DNA of 64,000 nucleotides. Origin: Phoronis australis. Its lineage: Eukaryota; Animalia; Phoronida. The notes beneath the pieces were generated by a model that saw nothing but the letters and a program-made list of their open reading frames with translations, made no database searches and was not told the DNA's origin. Positions 12,501-24,013 of the stretch are shown here, one piece after another. Where the stretch lies: NCBI GenBank assembly GCA_002633005.1, contig NMRA01000417.1, positions 76,158 to 140,157 of the forward strand. The letters run 5' to 3'. Position 1 is the first letter of the stretch, and every line of letters starts with the position of its first letter. The position numbers and the translations under genes were made by a program.

Positions 12501-15500
12501 GAAATACCATATTTCAGGAGGAGCCGGAAGCCAATGTCTCTGCTTTGAGCAGAAATGACAATAATTTTGAAGTTGGTATGGTTACTAAAAGCATTAAGAC
12601 CATCGCTCCTGTGGCGTGGATGATCATAATAGGTAAGACTGAATTCCCATGGTTCCTTTACAAGTTAATGCTTAATATTCAAGTTTTGCTGTCACTTTTA
12701 CAGAATAGTTAGTATGTAAAATCATATTTGTTGGAATTTAAAGTTTGTGCAGAGGATACATGGACATCAGTTAAAGCTGGCCACTGCAGGCCATGGTCAG
12801 TATTTTGTTTCTGGGTTGCATTCAGGCCTTCATGCAGCGTACGTCCTGGACTAATCTGGACGCTCTGGCAAGGACATCCAATGTATCATTTGAACGCCCA
12901 ATGTCAATCAGAATTTCTCCAGTTAGGACACCCACATAGTATGACTCAAGTTGATGAAAGTTTAAGAAAGAAATGTTGGCCCTTTCAAGTCAGAAAGAAA
13001 CATACAATGTATTGAAAATGTTACATTAATCAAACTACTGAGAAGTGTCAATCATTCTCATGTGTTTGGTGTCTACCAGTGTACTCTACTTTCAGAGGTC
13101 TTTTCAGGTAATGTAATTCAGTACTTTATATAACGGCACGGACATTGGTTGACTGCAAACTGGTGTTTCAGGGCTGTAGTTTCATGTTTTTCATCTTTTT
13201 TACAAACGCCAAAAGTGAAATAAATGTCATTAGTTTAATACTACATTGTGCTACAAGAATATGCCCATTTAAAATTTTTGAGTTTGTTCCCATTTCACGG
13301 TTTTCAATGTGCATGTTTTAATATGGAGCAGCGGTGACACCTGTTGCCAAAATGTAGCCACACATCATCTGTGCATTTTTCTTGTGTTGGTAACTGCAGT
13401 TCTGATGACAGAGTATAAAAGTTAGTTAAGATGATATGATAAACTTTATAATAGCAATTTGACTTGTGATCACCAAAACATAGGGCACTCGCTGTGCAAC
13501 AATTATCTTTAATATTTGTTTGGTAAGCTACCTGGCTGTTTTCATAAATTTAGACGTAAAAGTTTTGTTCCACTCACTGGTTTCAGTAAAAAAAGCTCAC
13601 AGCAGGGGAGCTGTTTTTGTGAACTTACCGTATTCACCGTAATAACCGCCCAGGGTGCTTAGAAAAGTTTGTTTCTGGGGGGGCTTATTATAACCCATGG
13701 CCGTTGAAACCCGGTCTCCGAAACGGGTGAAATCGGAAGCTAAGATTCATCATATTTACGCTCTGTGACGTATCTGTAATCTATGAAAGAATTTCTACAA
13801 AACCGTGGTGCATTGCTATCAAACTTTGCTGCTAAATTATGATCATTTTACAGAAAATTGTGTTGAAATCCTAGGGCGAAAACTCGCCGACTGCCTGCCT
13901 CGCAATCGTTGATATGGCGACTTGAATGCTTGAATAAAAATACAGTTTCGACTCAAACAAATTGCCTGAAATCCTCCTTAAGTTTTCCAAGTAGCGACCC
14001 TAAGATTTTTAAGCTCCCGTAGAGTCGGGATCACGGCAGGTTTAAGTACAAATCTGTGCTACATCGTGCCATCTACATGTATGATGCGCAACATGAGAAA
14101 AATGTCTGGACGAACACACAAGTTGTTGTCACGTGATGTTTGTTTTGAAGTTGTCTGCGTTTGTGAGTATGCGAACGCGTGCGTGTCACCAGAGTTCATT
14201 TGCCAGAGCAGAGACCGTCTTTTGGCCAAAGCCACGCAATCTAACGAGCTAGATGTGCATTGTATTGCACAAGCAGTAGGCCTAAACCAGAGCGTGTTTC
14301 ATTCAACACTTGCCGGTCTCATTTGCTGAAAACGCTCGACATTTGTCTCGGTAAGGCCATATTAGTCGCCGTGTGGCTGGATGCGTACGTGACTATCTGA
14401 CAGTTATTTTTCGATGTAAGGGTGTGTAAGCATTCACTGTCAGTGGTCATATCGGATATTTGGCTTAAAAACACAAATTATGATTAATCAAACAGTTCAT
14501 CTTAAAAATAACGCAAACATTTTTTAAAGTGTTAGAAACTGTCGGATATTAGTGCCAATATTCATTTCTTGCTGATGCTATGCTACCCGTTTCATGAATG
14601 GATAGTTCCCGACTAATGTCTTTGCTGACAGGTTCATGTATGTAGCACGCACTTCCTGGCCACGTGCTTTTAACACTGGCCAAGCTTATTATTAGTCTTC
14701 GATTCGCGGTTTTCACGTGTACAAAGAAATTTGGATTCCTGTTGAAAGCGGGAAATATCTACAAAGCAAACCCATTGACAAGTACGCTTACTTCTGTTCT
14801 GAAAGGCCAGACCATTGGTCCTCACAATGTCAGAAGAACTTTTGTGTTCGTTTTGAGGCATGGCGGAAGTTTGAAGTGTATAGTCATGGCTAAATACCGA
14901 CATAGCGGCGAGGCTTGTGGTCTACAAATTCTGCGCACAATGAATTTGTTCAGGACTGTCGGATATTATTGATAAATTGAAGACGGTGCTGTAGAATTTT
15001 AGGACTGTAAGTAAGGCATTTTTCGCATGTACACGTTCATGCACTGGGCGCTTATTTTAGCAAAGTCTGAAATTGTGGGGGGGGCGCTTATAGGGGCATG
15101 GGCGGTTATTATGGCAAATACGGTAGATGTAAAAGCCTTTGTCTATGCATTTTTTGTAAAAACCTCGCTGTGTGTGTGGGGGGGAGGGGGTTAGGGGGTT
15201 TGCTGGTGAAATGTGGTGGGGGGTGGGGGTAACACACCACTGGAATCTTGGACGCCCTGGAATATTAGGAACCCCATTTTGGACACCCTATTTTCGAAAT
15301 CCTGGATGAAACCCCAGATTGCATAACCATTTTTGACAAGGAAACAAATACAGTTTTGATGGATAGTTCAGTGCCCGTGTACTACAGCCCATGAAAACTC
15401 ATTACTGGCAATGCATACCCCTAATTTAACAGCAGAGCGTCGACGCTCCAGCACGTTATGAATAGTCAACTTAGATCTCATCAAAGTTATTGCTAGGGGT

Positions 15501-18500
15501 CACTGTATATCATCAACAAAGGGCAGTTCCTTTGCTAATATTTGCCGTGATTTTGCTCAAAATCCACTGATCGAGTTAGAAATAAACTTTATGTCAGTTG
15601 TTACATGTATAAGTTCTCAGCTTGTCACATCTTAACGCTCACAGGATGAATAACCGCCATGTCTCAGTCTACCTCGCGTCAGTGCTACCTTGCGGTTACT
15701 TTGACTTCGCAGTTTCAATTGACACTCCTCTATTACCGGAGTAAAGTTAGTATGAAAGGGCATTAGTGATTCAGCTGGTCAGACTCAAAGAGTTTGTATT
15801 GTGTGACTTGCTCATAGTGTCACACTTTGCATCGGAAGAATTATTTAGTTTTCTTAAAAATCGACAAAGACTCAAAATAAATAAAGCATGCCAACCTGAC
15901 CAAAATGCTCTCACAAAACAATCACCAAACCCGACTGTGACCTGTTAACAGAATAAAAATAGTGACTTTCGCATCCAGTTCTCTGAAACAAAATAATGCC
16001 TTGTAACCTTCAAAACTTTGGAGCAAAGTTTGAAAACTCCTTACAAAGTCTAATGAATGGACAAGCGTGACCTACGCTTTAGGCAAGTTACAGGACAACT
16101 GTTAGGGAAAGCCCATCTGCCAAGAACCACTGACAGTACCCAGTCTCTGACACAGTTTTTAGTTGAATCCTGCTTTTATTACTCAAGTGAGACGGCAATG
16201 TTGCATTAGCAGTTGACAGAACAAGGATTATTAATAAATGACCAACTCAGGGTTTAGTAGCCTTTTAAGGAAACTTGGCTTCACTGACAAGCCAAGACTT
16301 ATTGCCTACTCCTGACCATCAAAAGCTAGCAACACCTCTTTAGGTCATCTAATTGGTGTTGTTCTATACAATAGCTTGCCGGCTGTCATTGAACTCAAAG
16401 TGCACTGCAATACAGCTCTTAACCATGTTTAATACCTAGCTGTTTGAATCCATGAGTCACCTGAAAAAACTTGTTTAAATGTCAGTGGGTTAGTAATCAA
16501 TGAATGGATCCAAAGACTTGGAAAGCGGCATTAAACCTGTAAGGTGTTTTCTGATTTAGACCACTTATCATTATAGAATTGGTCATATCTTGATTCTTAC
16601 CTGTTTGAAAAGGGATTGCTGGTATCTGGAAGAGGTGATAGTTTGTTATTTCTTAAAATAAAATTCTTAAAATGTCAGGTTACTGTCAGGTCTTCCAGAG
16701 CTCAGAGTTCACTTCTAAACTGATTGAGGAATAAGATAAGACTGATTTCATAAAGGTTAGTGGCATCAATCAAAACTTGTTTTTTTGACAGAAAGCATGA
16801 TCTCAATGTCACTTTTATCTCCCCAGGGTCCTCAGTGATTGCGTGGCTGTATGCCAGTAACATTTTCAATGTATCATTGAGAACATATTGGAAAGTATTG
16901 TTGTTGTAAAATGCATGCAGGAGACGGTTTTTATGTTTGCTCTGGGCTATGGGACTTCACATTCTTGGTAACTTTTGACAGAACTATCAATCAATTCCTC
17001 TTTTTCTCTCTATTGTAGGTGATGCTCTCCATAACTTTGTTGATGGCTTGTCCATTGGTGCTGCCTTCACTGTCAGTACCATGGCAGGTATAAGTGTGTC
17101 GCTGGCCGTCATCTGTGAGGAGTTCCCTCATGAACTAGGTAAAGTGGGGATAGTGTTTACATCGTATCAGTGTTAACATTTTGGCAGTGTGTCACTGGCC
17201 ATCATCTGTGAGGAGTTTCCCCATGAACTGGGTAAAGTGGGGGTAGTTTGTACATCGTGTCAGTGTTAGTATTGTGGCAGATACAAGCTTGTCACTGGCC
17301 AACATCTGTGAGTTTTTCCCCATGAACTAGGTAAAGTGTGGGTTGTTTGTCCTGCATTATTGCAGGGTTAAGAGGTAGCATTGTTTTAATAAGGGACTTT
17401 GATGGTTTATGTCTGGGTTGTTTATGATAAATCTGAGACTCTGATCAGAAATTTCAAGTACAGACATGGTCTCCTGTTGTTCACTTGGTTTTTCAGAAAT
17501 TCTCATTCTAGGCAAAGAATTTCGGCATTTCTCCTGAAAAATGTCTTTCTCATAAATAACTGTGTGATATTTTAAGTCATAGATTCCTAGTTTTCAAGCA
17601 CTGAGGATTCAGAAAGTGTATTCTTTTGTGTGTTTATAATGGATACTTACCAGATGACATGTGAGATGACGAACGTTGGCCGTTAAATAAAAATCTTTAC
17701 TTCCACTTCCTGTCTCCATGGTTACTTGTTCACGTCTCATACACACGATCTCTGTTTCCTACAGGTGACTTTGCCATTCTTCTCAACTCCGGCATGTCCA
17801 AGTGGCAGGCACTCGGCTTCAACTTCCTGTCGGCACTCTCCTGCTACATCGGCCTCATCATTGGCATCTCTGTCGGCGAGAACTTCGGTGCCTCTCAGTG
17901 GATATTTGCTCTTGCTGGGGGCATGTTCTTGTACATCTCCTTGGTTGATATGGTCAGTTGATTTTCACAAATTAATATTTACCTGTTTAGTACTCCTTAT
18001 GGCAGACAAGTGAAATATTATTTTATGAAATTTTTCAAGTCAGAATAATTGTCTGTACATTTTAGTCTACAACTATTATCTAATGCAGAAAATTATGAGT
18101 CATATTGAACTTACTTGTGATAAAAGGGCAACCTTTCACCAGCGTTTGCTGTCCTTTTCAAGCTTGTGCGACCTGTGTTGGATTCAGTCGGAGGTGAGAA
18201 AATCAGCGGGAAACTTTAGTCAAAATGATTCAACTGAAGTGTCACGTCAACCCTTGTTGCTTGAAACGATGCCTGTGTCAACTTCACAAAGCTAGTCTCA
18301 AGCTATAACAAACTTCCAGTTCTTCCTGATTTTATTTTCAATCGGCAACTTTCCAAAAAGTTTGAAACAGTAATTTTTGTAATAAATCTTCGCATTATTC
18401 CCTTGGGCATGGACAGAAATGCAAGGGTTAGGGTCAATTCTGGCTATAAATTGTCTACAGTTTGTACGTGGGATGTAGGCGCCCCATGAAAATGGCCGAG

Positions 18501-18705
18501 TAGTAATGATAGCAGATGGTGACCACTACCAGTCTTATCATTGATTACGTAGATGAACGACGTCAACCATGCCACGGAAGAGGAAGACTTCAAGGATTGT
18601 AAGATGAGGCTGTTCTTGGTCCAGAACTGTGGGCTGTTGGTGGGCTTTGGAGCCATGTTGTTGCTGGGCCTTTACAGTGGTGACATCAACCTGGAGGGAA
18701 ACTGA
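3392..18705 (+). CDS. SLC39A14: ZIP8/ZIP14-like (LIV-1 subfamily) divalent metal transporter, 5'-partial multi-exon gene
   Basis: Exons 3392-3561, 4429-4554, 7348-7536, (8574-8606), (9088-9147), 12518-12632, 17019-17138, 17765-17952, 18553-18705 all have AG/GT ends and compatible phases. Translation contains [24 protein letters not shown], a His-rich loop, [25 protein letters not shown] and [15 protein letters not shown]8 versus ZIP14 orthology cannot be resolved by eye. Confidence 0.9.
4429..4554 (+). CDS. SLC39A14: ZIP8/14-like exon (TM3)
   Basis: atatag|TCA...ATG|gtaagt; [42 protein letters not shown]. Confidence 0.9.
4855..5250. repeat. Degenerate tandem repeat (about 70-nt unit)
   Basis: Recurring actgcrtttacac-atacc-gttcaccagcacctct-gccatta-tgttcacatga blocks. 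Confidence 0.75.
6370..7191 (+). mobile_element. hAT-like non-autonomous DNA transposon, copy A
   Basis: Starts CAGGGCTTTATCCAGGATTT; decayed inverted end ctgcataatggtctg; 8-bp TSD-like flanks gtactagc/gtcctggc; inverted copy at 13195-15315. Confidence 0.65.
7348..7536 (+). CDS. SLC39A14: ZIP8/14-like exon (His-rich cytosolic loop)
   Basis: tttacag|GCC...GAT|gtaagt, 189 nt, phase 0-0; includes [10 protein letters not shown]. Confidence 0.85.
7973..8200. repeat. 38-bp minisatellite, 6 copies
   Basis: Unit tcattaatgctkgggacctgactcaacaggtcagcggg starting at 7973, 8011, 8049, 8087, 8125, 8163. Confidence 0.95.
8574..8606 (+). CDS. SLC39A14: Candidate 33-nt in-frame micro-exon of the ZIP loop ([11 protein letters not shown])
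   Basis: tgctaaacctcttcaacag|ATG...CAG|gtattc; phase 0-0, no stop, branch-point-like CTAA upstream. Confidence 0.55.
9088..9147 (+). CDS. SLC39A14: Candidate 60-nt in-frame cassette exon of the ZIP loop ([20 protein letters not shown])
   Basis: tgtccatag|GAG...ATA|gtgagt; phase 0-0, strong donor, TGCATG just upstream. Confidence 0.6.
9604..9752 (+). mobile_element. tRNA-derived SINE
   Basis: Box A TGGCGCAGTGG, box B GGTTCAAATCC; body shared with the copy at 22660-22835. Confidence 0.75.
10876..12133 (-). mobile_element. Full-length but decayed mariner transposon
   Basis: TIRs caagggtcgttcaacaagttctcggcct / aggctgagaacttattgaatgacccttg followed by TA; fragmented transposase ([38 protein letters not shown]) with stops and frameshifts. 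Confidence 0.93.
12518..12632 (+). CDS. SLC39A14: ZIP8/14-like exon (loop end, start of TM4)
   Basis: atttcag|GAG...ATAG|gtaaga; ...[14 protein letters not shown](G). Confidence 0.9.
13195..15315 (-). mobile_element. hAT-like element, copy B (inverted relative to 6370-7191), interrupted by an insertion
   Basis: 13195-13627 plus 15126-15315 read as the reverse complement of about 6372-6987. Confidence 0.75.
13628..15123 (+). mobile_element. TA-TSD (Tc1/mariner/pogo-type) non-autonomous element carrying a decayed HIRAN-like ORF, copy 1
   Basis: TA|CCGTATTCACCGTAATAACCGCCCA ... TGGGCGGTTATTATGGCAAATACGG|TA; the empty site is visible in the paralogous hAT copy; [15 protein letters not shown] fragment. 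Confidence 0.85.
17019..17138 (+). CDS. SLC39A14: ZIP8/14-like exon (TM4-TM5, metal site)
   Basis: ttgtag|GT...CTAG|gtaaag; [40 protein letters not shown](G). Confidence 0.95.
17075..17350 (+). repeat. Triplicated exon 3' end plus donor site (about 93-100 bp unit)
   Basis: gtc[ag]ctggcc..catctgtgag..ttyccycatgaact[ag]g|gtaaagtg occurs three times, with donors at about 17139, 17232 and 17331. Confidence 0.9.
17765..17952 (+). CDS. SLC39A14: ZIP8/14-like exon (TM5-TM7)
   Basis: cctacag|GT...ATG|gtcagt; [34 protein letters not shown]...[18 protein letters not shown]. Confidence 0.95.
18553..18705 (+). CDS. SLC39A14: ZIP8/14-like last coding exon (TM8, stop)
   Basis: tacgtag|ATG...; [50 protein letters not shown]. 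Confidence 0.9.
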   Translation: MNDVNHATEEEDFKDCKMRLFLVQNCGLLVGFGAMLLLGLYSGDINLEGN

Positions 18706-20239
18706 CCGCAGGGAAAGTGACTGCATGATTAAGATACAAACTGACGACAGGGGTTGACTGCATGACTAGGAGACAACTGGGATTGATTGCATGCTCAGTT
18801 ACTTTTGTTATCCTTTTAAAATGTGTTTCCAAGTGAACCAAGTTATGTTGCATAATAAACATATTTAGCATAATGAAATGAGAGATAATTGTTTAATGAG
18901 TTGTGTTTTACATTTTCTTGAATTAAATGGTTGTATCAGGTGTTCGAAAATGCCCTTGCTTTACTAGGAAAACACAAAAATTCACAGTATAGACTGGTAG
19001 CTGCCATGTCAAATTAAACTGCTACATGACATTTAGTCTAAGGGTATTAGTAATTTTCACTGTCTTCCAAAGTGAGCTGTGCAATCCAATCCCAGTTGGT
19101 GAACTTGAACACATTATCAATAACTAAGCAAATTTATTTATGTCATTTCCAACACTGCCATTCTCGTAGTCATGTGACTTAATTATTTTTGGTAAAAATG
19201 TTGTTTCTTGAAATGTACATTGATAGCCGGGAAAAGTCCTCTCATTGGCATCCATAAAAATATCTATATAAAGACATTGATAAAAATGCTCAAAAACTGA
19301 ATCTGGGATTTTTCATAATTTCAGTAATTTTTTTATCCCAAAAGTACGTTCAGTGTTCAGCACTTTTCTAAGAATAATGTGATTTCAAATCGAGCATAGA
19401 ATAACAATAACAGTACAATAATGCAGCTTGCCAAGATCTTGAGTTTGACAGGATTGCATTTTTCATTATGACAGCATTTCCTTTATTTGAGACAATTATT
19501 TTTATTTACTTGGTAACCAAATGTTACTGTTTTGTCTAGAAATCACAAATGACACTCAAGTGTCAAATTTTGACTATGCAAAAACCTGAGTCTTGGTGTT
19601 ACGTAACTGAAAATGTTGAAACATTTAAAGCAACTTGATGAGTCATCACTCATCAAACTAGTCATTTTGTAGCAAGTTTGGGGAATGTATGTGGAGCTAA
19701 AGATAGTAGACTTAAATTTGCTTTTCATGGTTTCTTAATCTCTTGGGATTGTTTTTATTACGCACGTTGCCCACATTGCAATTTTATTAACTGTGTCAGG
19801 TGCTATATGTAGAGTTTGCCAGGAAGACACGCCCTTTTCCCACATATGAACATTCTGCTTACTCTACACATCAGAGTTCCACACTATGTGGTGATCTGAG
19901 ACTCCCATTTTTTAACATGTTCATACCAGTATTACACTCAAGTGTGATTTTGTAGACTAAAGATTTTGATGCAGCTTCTCTTGAAGATTCTGAGGAAAAA
20001 TTGGCTTATAACCCACATGAAAAATGCTGGCCTAATTGTTTCATTTATTTATGACAATTGGGATGGTAAGAGTTTTACTAAATAGACCATCAAATCATTC
20101 TGAACTTCATTACCTGTTGAATATCATCAGTCATTCCCGAAAGCCCGTCTTCCCAAATGTCCTACAAAAGTCTGTCTTCTTTGAAGGCTCTTGACCTCCG
20201 TGATGGCCCTCTTCTCCAGTCAGAGAGCTCTTTACCTCT

Positions 20240-20370
20240 TCTCTTTAGCCTCCCCACTCTCCTCCTCTAGTCCTTTGGCCTCCCTACTCCTCTTCTCTAA
20301 CATCTTAGCCTAACTACTCCCCCACCCTGGCCCCTTGACCTCCCTTCTTCCCTACCCTATCTTCTAGGCC
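20240..20370. repeat. Pyrimidine-rich degenerate 30-bp minisatellite in the putative ZIP 3' UTR
   Basis: ctctttagcctccccactctcc.., tcctttggcctccctactcc.., catcttagcctaactactcc.., ccccttgacctcccttcttcc.. at 30-nt spacing. Confidence 0.65.
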
Positions 20371-22042
20371 CGGGGTTTAAACTTTCATTCGAAACTAGAC
20401 TGGAAAATTGACAAACATGCCATGGTTTTATTCATAAAATTTGTACTTGAATCATGCAAGGTTATTGGCTAAATTTTTGGTCTGAATCAAGTCTGGAGAT
20501 GGCCCTGATGGCCTGTCCTGCTTGACCTTGCAGTCCCATCATTTCTTTTAAATACTGTGCATATTCCCCATGTGTGCAATCCAATGTTGCTCTAATGTGG
20601 CTTAACTGTGATATTGATATATCTATTCTTAATAAGTCTAATGCTGCTTGCGGAAACAATGTTTCAAAGGTTTGGTATATTGGCTATTTACTGGTGAAGG
20701 ATTTTTTAACATCTGCAAGGATGTGAGGATTGTTTTTTCTTGTAGGACTTTTTAGTCATATACAACAGTTGCAGTGTGTTCAAGTCATGTTGAAAGAATT
20801 AGTGTGTAGACAAAGCTTTAGGGCTGGAATATATACTGTCTTCAAAGTGTTGAGAGCTTTCCTTGGGTCATCAATAAAATTCTGTACATAGGGAGTCAAA
20901 AATGTGAATAAGAAATTACTAATATTACTTGTGTGTTGCTCCTTCGTAGGCTTTCAGCCCATGGAGACAATCCATGTCATACACTTTTTTCATTCATGTG
21001 TGTATATTAACTAGAGTAGGTATTTGTTTATTAATTTTTGTCTATTTTTGATATTGACGTTTTGTGTCAGCAGATGCAGGGACATCTCAACCAAAGGTCA
21101 GTATTCACAGAAATTCTTGGTTTAAAGGTCATGACCTCTAAAAATGGCCGATTACAGTCGTGGGGTCATGACCCTGAACCCACAATTAGTGTTACTGTTT
21201 GGTATGTTAGCTTTGAATGGTTGAGCTTTGTTGTTTTATTTTTCCTTCGATTCCTTCCAGTGCCGAGTAGCGGGTGCAGGGTCACTCCTACCAAAACGGG
21301 GAATCTTTTGTAGCTAAGCTTTTTTGGTGGTTGTGCTAATGTACAGAAGTTTTCAAAAAAGGCCGTCAATATTTATTGCCGTCGAAATTTTGAAACAGTT
21401 GTTCGGCCAATTTTCAAAGGCTTTATTGTTATTTTTCATCTGGTTTTGTTCTGGATTATTTGAGTAACTTTGATGAAGTCAGATGAATTTCGTCAATTTT
21501 TTGGAAACTGTTGTATTAGTATCTTCTCCAGGTAACACAGGGTCGTTTCTGTGGCCACCTTAAAGCATTTGTACACTATAAAGTTTGTAGATCCCAAACT
21601 AGGCATAAAAGTTGGTGGGTCACTCTGCTTGTCTAAAAACAAATTGAAATGCATTTTTTACTAAATCTGTATAACAGAATTCATACTGTAGTCACGTACT
21701 TTGTAAATGTATAACAGACTAGGTAATCACCTAGATTTGTACAGCAGCTTCTTTGTGTTGTTTCTGTAAACACATTACATTTCATTAGCGGCATCTTGTA
21801 GTAAACAAAGGTGACCATGGCCCAGTAGGATCACCATGGATATACATAGCCTCGAATTTCCTCTTGGGGGTAAAATTATCTGCGCATGTATGAACATAAG
21901 TCATATGGTTTATTATTCTCCAGTTTGAAATTCATGACTTGCAATGTTCACCTTTGAGGGGAAATTTGTAGCTATGGAATACCGGAGGTGTTTTGGACGA
22001 CCATGGCATACTTATACTACTGTGTACAATTGTAGCAGAGTC

Positions 22043-22084
22043 AATAAAGTAGTTTATTTGGACAGTTGTTGTTTGGTGTTTATT
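22043..22084. terminator. Putative convergent polyadenylation signals of both genes
   Basis: AATAAA on + at 22043-22048 followed by a GT-rich tract; AATAAA on - at 22053-22058 and 22079-22084; the T-rich to A-rich strand skew flips here. Confidence 0.55.
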
Positions 22085-22659
22085 TAGGGCACTCTATTAG
22101 TAAAATGAGTTTAAAAGAACTACATCTCTCTACAGTATGATCAAAAATATAACAATGCCAGCATGTGTTAGGCCGATCAGGACTGTTTATTTCTCATGAA
22201 ATTGTGTTTGGCCCCACTCACGACTTCCTACATCTGTCACTGGTTATTACATTGTAATAATAATCACCACATATTTAATCTCAAATCAAAGAACTGATAA
22301 GTTAAAAGTTCATTCAAATTTGAGTTACAGCCTTGCAAACTTGGTATGTCAAAATTTATTGAAAAACTGCATTGGTTTGGCAGTGGATATGATGATTCAA
22401 ACTGCATAGCACTTTGTTAATTAGTGTATTAATGAACTGGAGTTCATACAGTGAATGATTGTAATTATGACCATAGTGCATACCTCACATACAACAGCAT
22501 AACACTGCTACACTTAAAACTGCTTGCTTTGTTCATAATGCTTGAATTACAAAAAGTGAAAGCTAATGGTATTACTTTCATTAGTTAATCTCACACTCAT
22601 GAATATACTTTAATTAGAAAAACAACCTCAGTTTAAAGTAAATTATGTACATATTAAGA

Positions 22660-22835
22660 GGAGACAGAGTGGCTCAGGGGTTTGAGCTCTGGACTCCCCG
22701 TTTGGGAAACCAGGTTCAAATCCTGGCTTTACCAGCAGGCAATCGAGTATAGCACAAAGTGTCTCCTACTCCTGTGAGCTGAGTCTTACTAGTAAGTGAA
22801 ATCATTTGATATATGTAAGGGAATGAATGAGAACC
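22660..22835 (+). mobile_element. tRNA-derived SINE (same family as 9604-9752)
   Basis: TGGCTCAGGGG ... GGTTCAAATCC; shared gcacaaag-tgtctcctaytcctstgagct-agtctta...gaatgagaacc body. Confidence 0.75.
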
Positions 22836-24013
22836 ACTTCAGAATATTCGAGTTCGAGTGTGATGGGTAAAAGAAGGAGAAAATTAGTCAATTAGTTACT
22901 GAATGTATCGGCCAACAAATAAGGGGATTCTGTTAATAAGTTAATTGCTATTTCACATACTCAACAAGTTTCACTACCTAGCAATGACCCCAGGGCAATA
23001 ATGATTGCAAATAACGATTCATGAAGTAATTACCCACATTAAAATTCAAAATCCGTAGATAATAAAACACATCTTAAAGGTGAGAGTAGACAGATAAAAC
23101 CAATTTAACCAATTTAATAATTCAACATTATAATATTATGATAATAAATAATTCCGGGAACACACCTTGCACCATTATGGCAGTCCCCAGACCAAGATGT
23201 TTGTCAATATCAATACTAAACTATCATTCAAACACTAATAAACATTTTTTGCACTAAGTACAAGTTGCTAAATTTCATAACAAATTTAAATATACAAGAG
23301 AAGCAATTGATGACGTGCACCCATCATGTGTATTGCAAATGGCAAAAGATATCAGGAGTGCGGTGCAAGTCATCCAAGAACTGGTGAATACAAGCATGGT
23401 AAGTATGGAGATAGCTGCAAAGCTCTAATGTTTAGAGGGCGCTGCAGCAGTAGAATCCATTCAATAATGGATGCCAGTCATGCCCACCTTAATATTGAAA
23501 CTCATTTATCATGAGGATGATTCTTCAAAGGATTTGAGAAACAGAGAGGTAGATACAAAAGGTGCGAAATAAACCAGTAAAATTTACACTAAGTGCCAAA
23601 GCACGTTGGAATTGTCTGACAATAAGGAATGCTGCTCTATCCTGGATTAAGTATCTACAAAATTGCATGACGAGGTAGAAGCAAAACCTTAAGATAAAAA
23701 TGCAGTCACTACATAATCCCCATGCTCTGGTTAACAAGAACCTACCAAAGTACATGACGATCATTCTCAGAACTTCGTACATATTGTGAGCAAGTCCAAA
23801 AAACTAAAACTACCAAAAGAGACAAAATAGACCCTAAAATCAACATCAGCCATGGTCTCGTCAATGGGAACATATCCCTTACATTTCAAGGCGATCCTTC
23901 AAAACCATTGGCGCATACAGAGGCAGACGCTAAAAACGAGACTAAATACTAAAACCACCACTAGGTGGCACTGCAATAATCGTAATGTATATGAGGGAGT
24001 ACATAAATGAAAT

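Noticed and set aside
18706-22050. Iron-responsive element in the ZIP 3' UTR
   Set aside because: The CAGTGN hexamers checked (about 19351, 20772, 21258) lack the 5-bp upper stem required for an IRE.
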